From positions 53,451 through 117,450 of the forward strand of contig NW_013657628.1 of NCBI RefSeq assembly GCF_000142905.1: 64,000 nt of DNA, in the 5' to 3' direction. The number at the start of each line of letters is the position of its first letter. The stretch's first letter is position 1. The notes below the pieces were generated by a model. It was not told the DNA's origin, did not search any database, and saw only the letters and a list, made by a program, of their open reading frames with translations. This DNA comes from Thecamonas trahens ATCC 50062. Lineage: Eukaryota > Protista > Apusomonadida. The translations under genes were made by a program, and so were the position numbers. Shown here in pieces: positions 44,541 through 54,744 of this stretch.

Positions 44541-46115
44541 CTAGGACAGGTTCCTGTGCCGCTGGCTGCGGCGGCGAGGCTCTGCGGGTGACGCGGCACG
44601 TTTGCTGGCCTTGGCCTTGGCCCCGCCCTTGGCTCCGCCCTTTGTCTTGGTCTTGGTCTTAGTCTTGGTCTTGGTATTGGCCGTCTTGGCAGGCGGCGAT
44701 GCCAGTTCGGCCGGGTCTGTCGTCCAGCGGGATGAAAGGAGCCAGGCCGGTTCGGCGTCCGGGTCGGTGGGGTCAGAGTCCGACTCGGCAGCAACAATGT
44801 CCGGGTAGGCGTCGCAGAGGGCGAGGACCACGGTGTAGTGCGGGAGGACGTGGCGAATGATGTTGTCGTCGTTGATGTCGGGGAAGCGCTTGTCAAAAAT
44901 GACGGCGAGGACATCCCGTTCCTCAGCGGAGACGTCACCCCAGTCATCGCTGGCCGCGGACCAATAACCAAGCCGGGAGCCATAGTGCAGGTTGCGTGAG
45001 CGCTGAGTCTGACGCACGCCGGCGACCAGCTCGTTAAGGGCGGTGGCGTGGCGGTCGATGACCTCGATCCACTGCTCCTCGGAGTATGTCCCGCGAGTGG
45101 AGAGGAGGTCAGGCTTGGAGGGCTGATTGAGTGAGTCCAGCGCGGCGTAAGTGGTTTTGAGGGCGTCGGGCAAGTGTGAGGATTCGGAGAGCGGCTCGAG
45201 GTCGTCGCCGATGTAGGAGACGTCGGGATCGCCGTCGCTCTTGAGGACGGCCTCCATTTCGGCGACGATGTCCTTGTCCGTCTTGGCAGGCTTCGTGGCG
45301 CGGTTCTTCGTCTTGGCCTTCTTGCCCTGGCTGCTCTTGCTCTTGGTCGTCTTGGTGGCCTGTCTTGCGCCACGGCCCGGGCGGCGGACGGGAGAAGACG
45401 AGGTATCAAAGTCGCTTGACGACACCGAGGAGTTGAGTGAGGATAATGTGGACGACGAGTCGGATGCCGAGCCTGCGGCCGCCTTGCCTCTCGCCGCTTT
45501 CTTTTCCTGGCCTTGTTCTTCTTGATAAAGCTGGCAGTGGCAGCGGCGCGAGCCCTGGCAATGGTGGAGCCGGCTAAGTCGTTGTCGTCGTCAGAAGACG
45601 ATGCGGCGAGGCCAAGCGAATCGCTGCGAATGAGAGCGTCGATCAGGTCCGACGGGGGCGTGCCATTGAGCCACAGCAGGGCAGACTCATACGCGTCGAG
45701 CAGGCGAGCCTTGTGCCGGCGGGAGGGGGGCCTGGACTTGGGCACCTTGATGCCTTTGACAGAGGCGTCGCACACATCGTCGTCATCGGGCTTGCGCGTG
45801 CCGCTCTTTGAGCGGAATGTACGGAGGAAGGTTGTGACTTCGGCTTTTGTCAGAGCTCTGATCGAATCCTGCGCGACCTTGTACCGTTCGTACATGTCCT
45901 TACGATCAACAAAGGTGACCGTGATCTCGCCCGAGCCAGCGTGCTTGGACCTGTCCTCCTTGTGGACGAGCGCAGGCCAGTACGGAAAGTTAGGGACCTT
46001 GGCCAGGACCAGTTCAAAGTTCTTGGGCGACTGGATGATGGTGATGCCGTCGATGGTGTTGTCGTCGATGGTGATGCCAGTAGCCGTCGCCGTACCCGGT
46101 AGTTACCATGGTCAT
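44541..46115 (-). CDS. PWWP-domain chromatin protein, with frameshifts near 46096 and 45503
   Basis: LVLAKVPNFPYWPALV lies in frame upstream of ORF 44474..45895 and joins ORF 44541..45425 by one added A; basic NLS-like tail. Confidence 0.68.
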
Positions 46116-46561
46116 GGCAGCCAGTGCGGTGAGTCCATCGCCTCTGTAACCTCTCTCCCCCCTTCCTCTCCTCCCCCTACACCCCCCACATACCCATATT
46201 TCACTCAGCACAGCCATCGCAGCGTGTGGGAGACAGGTTTGCCGACCGGTGCCGTCGTGCCGTGTCGAGTCGCACTCGGGGCAGAGGGGAGACCGAACGC
46301 CGATTCGGTCGCTGGCGCCTCTCCCCTGTCCGCTCCGCATCCCCGTACCCGTTCTGATCATAACCATGGTCATGACCATGACCATCACCGGTTCCATCAC
46401 TTCATCCACCACCATCAGATTATTCTGCTGCACCCAAGCAGACAGCCCAAGGAGCATCGCCCATCCCTCGCCCATTCCTCCATCCCATGCCCATTCCTCC
46501 ATCCCTCGCCCATTCCTCGCCCATCAGTCGGTCGTGCGCCACGAGAGCACAACGTTGTTCA

Positions 46562-46565
<4 letters not shown>

Positions 46566-46627
<62 letters not shown>
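46566..46627. repeat. (CA)n microsatellite directly before a start codon
   Basis: Ends 4 nt before ATG 46632. Confidence 0.95.
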
Positions 46628-46629
<2 letters not shown>

Positions 46630-46631
46630 CC

Positions 46632-48010
46632 ATGCACGGACCATGGACGGAAGTACTGGTTGTGATGGTAGCGGCAGTAGTGGCGGTGGCGGTGGCCGAC
46701 GGCCAGGCGGCAGTGAAGGGCGAGGCGCTCGGCGGGTGGACAGTGGTGGACACGCGCGAGACGACGGATCCGTACACCCGCGGGCTGATGTGGGGCAAGG
46801 CTGGGCGGGAGGCGTATTTTGCAGCAAGGACGACGTTTGAAGCGGTGACACTCGAGACGACGGGCAAGACGCTGGGCTTCTTTGAGGCCGCAGCGGTGGA
46901 GTTGTACATGGACAAGATCCCTGCCGAGCTCTTGGCGGAGATCAAAGGCATTGCCGACGGCATCGGTGTGACTCCCGAAGAGATTGTGGGCTGGAACTCG
47001 TACATCGAGATGACCGGCTCGTGGTGGCCGACACAGGCTCCGCATCTCAACATGCACATGCGCAACTCGCACTGCTCGGCCTTTGTGGCCACAGGCTCGG
47101 CCACCGCAGACGGCGGCGTGGTCATCGGCCACACCACCTTTTTGGAGTTTTGGTCCGGCCAGTACTTTACCTGGGTCTACAAGCTCGCAACCACAGCCGC
47201 CGCTGGTGAGATTGTTATGCAGACAATGCCCGGCTACGTCGCCTCCATGTCCGACTGGTGGCTGACTGGCGCCGGCCTCGCCGTCGTCGAGACGACCATC
47301 GCCAACTTTTACGGCTACGACCCGTCCGGCATGCCCGAGTGGGTCCGTGCCCGTCTCGCTGCCGAGAGCGCCGTCGACATTGCCTCCTTTGTCGCTGCCC
47401 TCGACAACGGCAACAACGGTGGGTACGCCTCCATGTGGCTCGTCGCCGACATTAAGACCGGCGAGATCGCCCGCTTCGAGCAGGGCCTCAAGTACACCTC
47501 GCTCGCCACCCTCACTGATGGTGTCTTCACCGGAGCCAACGTCGCCGAGGACCCGCGCATCCGCAATCTCGAGTGCTTCGACTCGGGCTACTCGGACGTC
47601 CGCGCCAACACCGGCGCTCGCCGCGTCGTCTGGTCCATGCTCGTCGACGAGCACTATGGCAACATCACCACTGCCGTCGGCGCCGCCATGCTCGCCGACG
47701 ACTACGACCCGTACCTCAAGACCACGCCCGCGGCTCGCGCAACATCTGCGGCATGAACGACATCGATCCGCAGCAGTACCTCTCCGACCCCACCGCGGTC
47801 TGGGCCGTCCCGTTCTTCCCGGCAGGATCCACAGATGCCAAGGTCGCCAACGCCACCGACATTGCCGCCCTCGCCTTTCACGCCCGCACCGGCCGCGCCA
47901 ACGGCTTCGCCTTTGACGCCGCAGCCTACTACGCCGACCATCCGCAGTGGGCCTGGCTCGCCCCGCATCTTCTCGATCGCCCCTCGCAGCCAATGGTGTA
48001 CATCGCGTAG
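46632..48010 (+). CDS. secreted phospholipase B-like Ntn-hydrolase, with a 1-nt frameshift near 47728
   Basis: Signal peptide; EIKGIADG; N-terminal nucleophile motif HCSAFVATG..IGHTT; ETTI; NNGGYASMW; continuation SRNICG..GSTDAKV in ORF 47573..48010. Confidence 0.85.
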
Positions 48011-48382
48011 CGGTCTCTGCATAACTCGCCCATACTATCCTTGCTCCACACACCCAGAACTACTCCACAAGCCTTCGCCACTCACCACCGGCCGCTGCTC
48101 GCCCCATCCCCCGCCCACCCACAAACAGATGATCAGTTATGGCACAACCACCCCACCCCTGACAGCCATACCAACCCAAAGTACATAACCATAGCCCCAA
48201 GCCAAACATGTCAACTTAACGACAGAGTATCTAGCGGAAGCGATGGCGTGTACGGGTGCGATGACCATGAATGGGTCCGGGCGGCAATGTGCGATGACCA
48301 TGACTCGGCCGGGCGGTGGAGAAGCCCGGCGACCACCCGACCATTCACCCCTCTCTCTCACTCTCTCTCGCACATAGGGCTC

Positions 48383-49768
48383 ATGGACTTGCTCCTCGAG
48401 TTGGCGGACGAGTTTGTGCTGGACAGCCAGTACGCGGCTGTGGCGAATGCTACCTCTGCAAGCTACCCATGGCTGGGAGAGCACCTTGTTCGGCATGCGC
48501 TTCTTCGCCAGTCCCTCTCGCTCTACTTTATCACTGCCATTGGTGGCCTCATCACCTACCTGGCGGTGGCCTCCTTCTCGTACGTCGTGTCGTCCATGGA
48601 TGACCTGTCTGAACATGACCCGACTGGGGTGGGTAGGGGGGGTAGGGGTGGGGGCGGTCTACATCCCCACCATACACATGGTTGTGTAGAGCGTGTGTTG
48701 TAGTATGGCATGAAGTGGGGGGGTATGTTTATGGGAAAAGGGACGAGGTCTGGAAGGGCTGGAAAGGCCTCTTGGGGGGAGGGGCGTCAGGTTGGCGACG
48801 TGGCTGGCGTGGCCGGCTGTCCGCCTGGCGGCGTTTCCCTGGATATCCCCGCACGGTTGTCAGCCCCCCCCCCCCAGCAAGGGACCATCCAAGCATCCAA
48901 GCACCACCACCGTCTTGCATGGTTCACTCACATGTTACTGACTCGGTGTATGTGGTGTGTAGGTATCACTTTATCTTTGACAAGTCGCTGATGAAGCACC
49001 CCAAGTTCAAGAAGGACCAGATCAAGCTCGAGATGCAGCTGGCCATCCCGTCCATCTTCTGGATGTCGCTCATTACGCTTCCATTCTTCATTATTGACGT
49101 TCGTGGTTATGCCAAGTTCTACCGCAACGTTGATGACTACGGCTGGGGCTACCTCGTCCTCTCCATCTTCCTCTTTATCGCCTTCACCGACTGCTTTGTC
49201 TACTGGATCCACCGTGGCCTCCACACTCCGTTCCTCTACAAGCACGTGCACAAGCCCCACCATCGCTGGATCGTCTCCAGTACGTTCTGCTCTACTGTGC
49301 AACCCTCCTCCCCTACCCCCGCACCCACCCACCCACCTCCAACTCACCTTTCTCTTCTGCCCAGGTCCGTTTGCTTCGCACGCCTTCCACCCGCTCGACG
49401 GCGTGGCACAGTCGCTTCCCTACCACTTCTTCCCGCTCATCTTCCCCATGCACGCTGTGCTGTGGATCGTCGCCTTTACGTGCGTCAACATCTGGACGGT
49501 ACGCCCTCTCGCCTCTCTCTTTCCCTCTCTCCTCTCCCCCTCCCCTCTCCCTCCACCTCCCAACTCACCGCCCGCGCATCTACAGATCTGCATCCACGAG
49601 GGCCTGCCCATGCCCAAGTGGTGGTTCCTCAACTCGACGGCCCACCACACGTTCCACCACTCCAAGTTCCTCGTCAACCACGGGCAGTACACCACGTTCT
49701 GGGACCGCATCGGCGGCACGTACATGAACCCGCACGCCGACGACGACAAGCCGGCCAAGGCCGAGTAA
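48383..49768 (+). CDS. SC5D: sterol C-5 desaturase (lathosterol oxidase); 4 exons
   Basis: Introns 48580-48962, 49280-49364 and 49499-49585 (all GT-AG, frame preserved); His boxes HRGLH, HKPHH, HHTFHH; FASHAFHPLDG; NHGQYTTFWDRIGGT. Confidence 0.92.
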
Positions 49769-50152
49769 ACCGCACCCATGTACACACTCTACACTCCACC
49801 ATCGCCCGCCTGTGGGTCACCACCGCCACACCAGCAGACTGCCCCGTGGCTGTGATCCTCTTGATCCGCCATACCGTGATCGTGCATCACCGGCATACCT
49901 CCAAAGCACCCACCTTCCCAAAGCTGCATCCGCCATCCATTCCAAGACCTTCTCCAGCCTATGTATCCCCCACCTACCACCTTTCCCAGAAATCCACATG
50001 CCCTTCCCCCCCACTGAACCGACCATTCCCCGTGCCACTGGCCGGCAAACGGAATTGCTGCGGAGCAGCAATCGCAGTTTGCCAATGAGCCACCGCCACT
50101 CGTGGCCAGACGAGGGCGAAGACACTCGTCGCAGCTGCCGGAGAGCGCGACC

Positions 50153-52004
50153 ATGTCAACGACCAGCGAGGTGACCATTCCTGGTGCCATCCAGATGAAG
50201 ATTGGCAAAGTGTACAAGTTCAAGAAGGTTCTTGGACGAGGTGCTTTCTCCGTCGTCAAACTTGCCCGCCACAAGGTCGACGGCACCGAGTGGGTACGTA
50301 CCCCCCCCCCCCCCTACCCACCTGCTTTGGCGAGTCACCAGGCCAGCCACCGACACCATCAATGACCACATAGCCAATAATCGTTGGAATGGTGGTGACC
50401 CCCCAAAAAAGGTCCTTCCCCCTCCTTTCCCCCTTCCCCCCCCCTCTCCTATCCCCCCCTCCTTCCCCTCCCCTTCCCCTTCCCCTCCCCCTCTTCCCCT
50501 TCCCCTTTCCTCTGTCCACCACCTCTGTATGGAGGTGTGGGGGGGGGGGGGGGAGGGGAAGGGGGACCTCGGGCAGTGGTCTGAACTTGGCGGGGAGGAG
50601 CGAGGAGAGAGAGACACAGTCAGTAGGCTGCAACCTGTGTGTCCAGCAGCCTGTCTGTGCCAAAGCAGCCTGTCTGTGCCAAAGCAGCCTGTCTGTGCCA
50701 AAGCAGCCTGTGTGTGGGGGGTACGGGCCATGTCTGTGCATGGTACAGGCTATCTGTGCCACAACCTGCCCATGGCGGCGCGCAGGGAGGCAAGAGCCTC
50801 GCCCTCTCGCCCGCTGGCACACGCCTCACTCACCCCCCCTCCCACCCTCGGAGTACGTGGACAGGCTGTCAAGTGCATCGAGAAGGAAAAGCTGACGGGC
50901 AAGGAGACGATGATGCGGATGGAGGTGGATATCCTCTGCCAGGTCTCGCACCCGAACATCATTGCGTTGAAGGAGATCTACGAGACGGACAAGAAGATCT
51001 ATCTGGTCATGGAGCTGGTGGACGGGACGGACTTGTTCGAGCGCATTGCCAACACTGACGAGTTTTCGGAGCGCGAGGCGGCGACGGTCTTTCTCCAGCT
51101 TGTCTCGGGCGTCAAGTACCTCCACGACCTGGACATCATCCATCGTGACCTCAAGCCGGAGAATCTCCTGGTAGCGGCGACCGACGAGGACATGACCGAG
51201 ATCAAGGTTGCCGACTTTGGCCTGTCGAAGATTGTGGGCGAGGATGTGACGCTCAAGACGGCGTGCGGCTCGCCGTACTATGTTGCGCCCGAGGTGCTCA
51301 ACGACTCGACATACACCTTTTCGGCCGACGTCTGGTCGTGCGGCGTCATCCTGTACACGCTCCTCTGCGGTTTCCCGCCGTTCTACTCGGAGAACTACAC
51401 CGAGCTGTTTGAGCTCATCAAGCGCGGCATGTACGAGTTCCCCACTCCGTATTGGGACAACATCTCCGAGGGGGCCAAGGACCTCGTCTCGCGCCTCCTT
51501 GTCGTCGACCCGTCGAAGCGAATCTCGCTCGAGGACATCATCACCCACCCGTGGCTGCTTCGGGTCTCGGGCGCCGAGGCTCAGATCCGCGACGCCCACC
51601 GCCGCCACCACAACCGCCACCGCAGCGCCGGCTCGTCCGACGATGTCCACCACTCGCACCGGCACCAGCTGCACCTGCACAACATGGAGCGGGCCCGCGT
51701 GCGGTTCAAGTCGGTCATCATCTCCACCATCGAGGCCGAGCAGGCTAAGAAGCGCCACTCAACCTCGGACGACTCGTGGGCTGACTCACAGGAGTACTCG
51801 TTCGAAGACGGCTCCGCCGACGCGCCTGACCACCCAGCCTCGACCTCGGCCTCTACCTCGGCCTCCTCGCGCACCTCGCACGCAAGCGACAAGCACAAGC
51901 ACAAGGAGAAGCACAAGGAGCACAAGCATAAGCACAAGGACAAGTCCAAGTCCAAGCACAAGGACAAGCACAAGGGCAAGGGCAAGGACAAGCTCCACGC
52001 TTAG
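50153..52004 (+). CDS. CaMK1-like Ser/Thr protein kinase; 2 exons (50153-50293, 50865-52004)
   Basis: LGRGAFSVV..EW|AVK; HRDLKPEN; DFG; CGSPYYVAPE; intron GTACGT...ACAG; Lys/His-rich tail. Confidence 0.94.
50645..50712. repeat. 19-bp intronic minisatellite (agcagcctgtctgtgccaa), about 3.5 copies
   Basis: Direct observation inside the kinase intron. Confidence 0.92.
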
Positions 52005-52141
52005 CCAAACCCGGGCCCCGACCGAGCTCGGCTCTCTCCTTTCATCGGCACCCCTCTCTTGCCCGTTGTGTCACACGTGGCAACAGTGAACACCCAGTAC
52101 CTTGATCACGCTCCTCTCTCCACTCTTTCATTACGTGCATG

Positions 52142-53877
52142 TCACAGCGCACAGACGTTGAGGTGCCGCGCGAGCGCTCCGGCTGCCATCGACTCGCCGC
52201 AGAGCTCACACCGTCTACAGCCCGCGGTCTTCAGCAGCTCGCCGGCGTCGCCGGCGGCGGCGGCACCGTAGCCTGCCCGGACAGCCACGGGTCGCGGCGG
52301 CGCCACCCGCTTCGAGAGCAACAGCGATGACGACAAACGCCGTTCCAGCCGGCGCCCGCGCTTCTGCGGTACGTCGTCGTCGTCGTCGTCGTCCGACTCG
52401 GTGTCGATGTTGAGGACAACCCGCGGCGGCGGCGGCCCCGGCCGCTCCAGAGCCGCCAGCGAAGCTGCGAGCGAGGGGCCCACCAGCCGCCCGCTCTGTT
52501 GCGAAGAGAGCTGCGACGGAGGGAAGTTGCTCAGTCGCTGCGGGCGGGCGCAGGACGCGTGCCAGTCATCCGGTTCGCCCTGCTTGCCATCGGTGCGCGA
52601 CAGCTGCGACGGTGGCAGCGCCAGCGGCTCGCTGGACGCCATGCCGCTCGCCTGGAGCGCTGACGCCAGCGCAGCCCGCGACGCGGCCTCGTCGTGGTGG
52701 GCCAAGCCGAGCTCAAGGCTGACGCTGCTGAGAATCTGGGCAGGAGCCGGGTGCAGGACGTGTGGGCGCTTGCGGAAGAGCGCCGATTCAGAGCCCGAGT
52801 CGGAGCCACGCGGGCGCTTGTGGGTCCGGCTAGCCGGCCGCCGCCGCAGCCGCGACGCTCGCCGCCGGATCTCGACCCGCGTCTGCGGCGCCGCTTGCGG
52901 CACGTCGCTCGACGGTGGGACCGACGGCGACGGCAGGACAAGTGGCGAGTGCGGGCGAGGAGGGCCACTGCCGCCAGCAGCAGCGGCCACATCAAGCTCG
53001 CCCGACGAGCTGCTCACGCCAGCATCGGCATCTGCGTCGGCCACGGTGTTTGTCTCGAGACGCAGGCCCGAGCACGGCGGAATGGCCTTCAGCACGATGC
53101 CCGACGAGCTCAGCGCCCGCGACGAGGCTTCGGCATCCGGGACTAGCTCGCCGGCGGCAAACAACTCGGGCGATGACGGCGGAGCAATGTGTCGGCAATG
53201 TGTCGGCGGCGGCCTATGCTCCAGTGCTCGCTCTGTGCCACGTCGCTCTGCGCGTCGCTCTGCGCGTCGCTCTGCACGTCGCTGCTCTCGCCGTCGCTGC
53301 TTCCATTAGCGAACAGATCGATGGGCCTGGCGTTGCTGCCACTGCCGCTACCACTACCGCTTCCGCTGCCGTCGTCGCTGTCCTCGACCAGCACGGTGCG
53401 TGCGAGGTTACGGACGACCAGCGGCGGCGAGGGCAGCGGCGAGAGGCAGTGTCGGCGGTGTGCGGCCGAGCCGGGCGCTGCACGGCCTTTTCCTAAAAAC
53501 GGCGGTGATCGCGATGGTGATCGGGCGGGCATGGAAGAGCGGACGAGGAGCGCGGCCGGTGGCGGAGGGAGCATACGGGGTGAGACCGGCGGGGAGGAGA
53601 CATGGCTCACATGCGATTGTTGCGAGTCGGCCAAGAGTGGAAGGACGGCGGTGTGTGCCTCTAGCGGAGCAGATAGGCAGAGCGGCGGCGAGCGGCTGCG
53701 ACCAAAGTTGATCACGCCACTGATCAAAGGCCGTGCGGGGAGCGGACGGGCGGCAGGATGGACAGCAGGGGGAGGGTATGGGGAAGAAGAAGAGGAGGAG
53801 GAGGAGATGGAGAGACCATCTAGGACACCACCATCCGATGAAGAGTTTGCACACCGGTCTTTGTACTCCCCGGGCAT
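52142..53877 (-). CDS. disordered Ser/Pro-rich protein with C-terminal UBZ-type zinc finger, frameshifted near 53195
   Basis: C-terminal CELCGESMAAGALARHLNVC (CxxC..HxxxC); ORFs 52142..53164 and 53143..53877 overlap; start uncertain. Confidence 0.55.
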
Positions 53878-54055
53878 GGCGAGGAGTGGGTGGTGGGCTT
53901 GGGCTTGGAGTGGATAGGGAAGGTGGGGGGGGGGAGGGGCACCACTTGACTGAACAGCTTGGGTATGCGCATTGGGGGAGTGAGGAAGGGATGGAGGGAA
54001 GGGAGGGAGAGGGGGGATGTTTGCTTATGTAAGAGGGGATGGGTCGGTGTAGGAC

Positions 54056-54665
54056 ATGCCGCGGTTTGTGACTCTCTCGGATCGGTTTGCCGCCAAGGGT
54101 GGGGCCGGCAAGGGCCAGGGCAAGGGCAAGGCTGTGAGCAACAAGGGCAAGGCCGGCAAGGGCCAGGGCAAGGCCTCCAACAAGGTCCAGGGTCAGGGCA
54201 AGGGTCAGGGCCAACAAGGGTAAGAACCAGGGCCAGGGCAAGGGCCAGGGCAAGGGCCAGGGCAAGGGCCAGGGCAAGGGCAAGGGCAAGGCGTCCAACA
54301 AGGGCAAGGCCGTTGGCAACAAGGCAGCCGGTAGCAAGGTCAAGGGCAAGACGGGCAATGGCGCGCAGGCTGTGGTCGGCAAGCGGAAGAAGGTGCCGAC
54401 CAAGGGCGCAAAGACGGCGGCCAACAAGCGGGCAAAGGGCAACAAGACGAAGGACGTCTCCCAGGTGGCCAAGCCCAAGACCCAGGCCGAGCTGGATGCA
54501 GAGCTGGCTAGCTACATGCTGAAAGACGAGAAGCGGGCCGCGAACTACCTCGATGCCGAGCTCGAAGAGTATCAGGCCCAGCGGAAGAAGGCTGCCGCTG
54601 CCGCCGCCGCCGAGGCGACCGCAAACAACGACGATGTTGCCGTCGACGACGTGCTCGATGAGTAG
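54056..54665 (+). CDS. CHTOP: CHTOP/FOP-like mRNA export factor, with one extra base near 54209
   Basis: N-terminal TLSDRF, Gly-rich repeat, duplicated C-terminal motif ELDAELASYM...LDAELEEY. Confidence 0.7.
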
Positions 54666-54744
54666 CAACAACAACCCCCCCCACACACACACAAACACAC
54701 ATCGATGCTAAACGCTCTTTGCTGAGCAGTCTTCTATGCTCCTG

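Noticed and set aside
45513-46631. N-terminal part of ORF 45513..47756
   Set aside because: Antisense to the PWWP gene and runs through a (CA)n tract; the real start is the signal peptide at 46632
50294-50864. Open frame running through the kinase intron
   Set aside because: Splicing joins the Gly-rich loop to AVK exactly; the intron translation is low-complexity
54220-54242. Micro-intron starting GTAAGA to repair the CHTOP frame
   Set aside because: The plausible downstream AG acceptors give lengths 11, 17 and 23 (3n+2), which do not restore the frame
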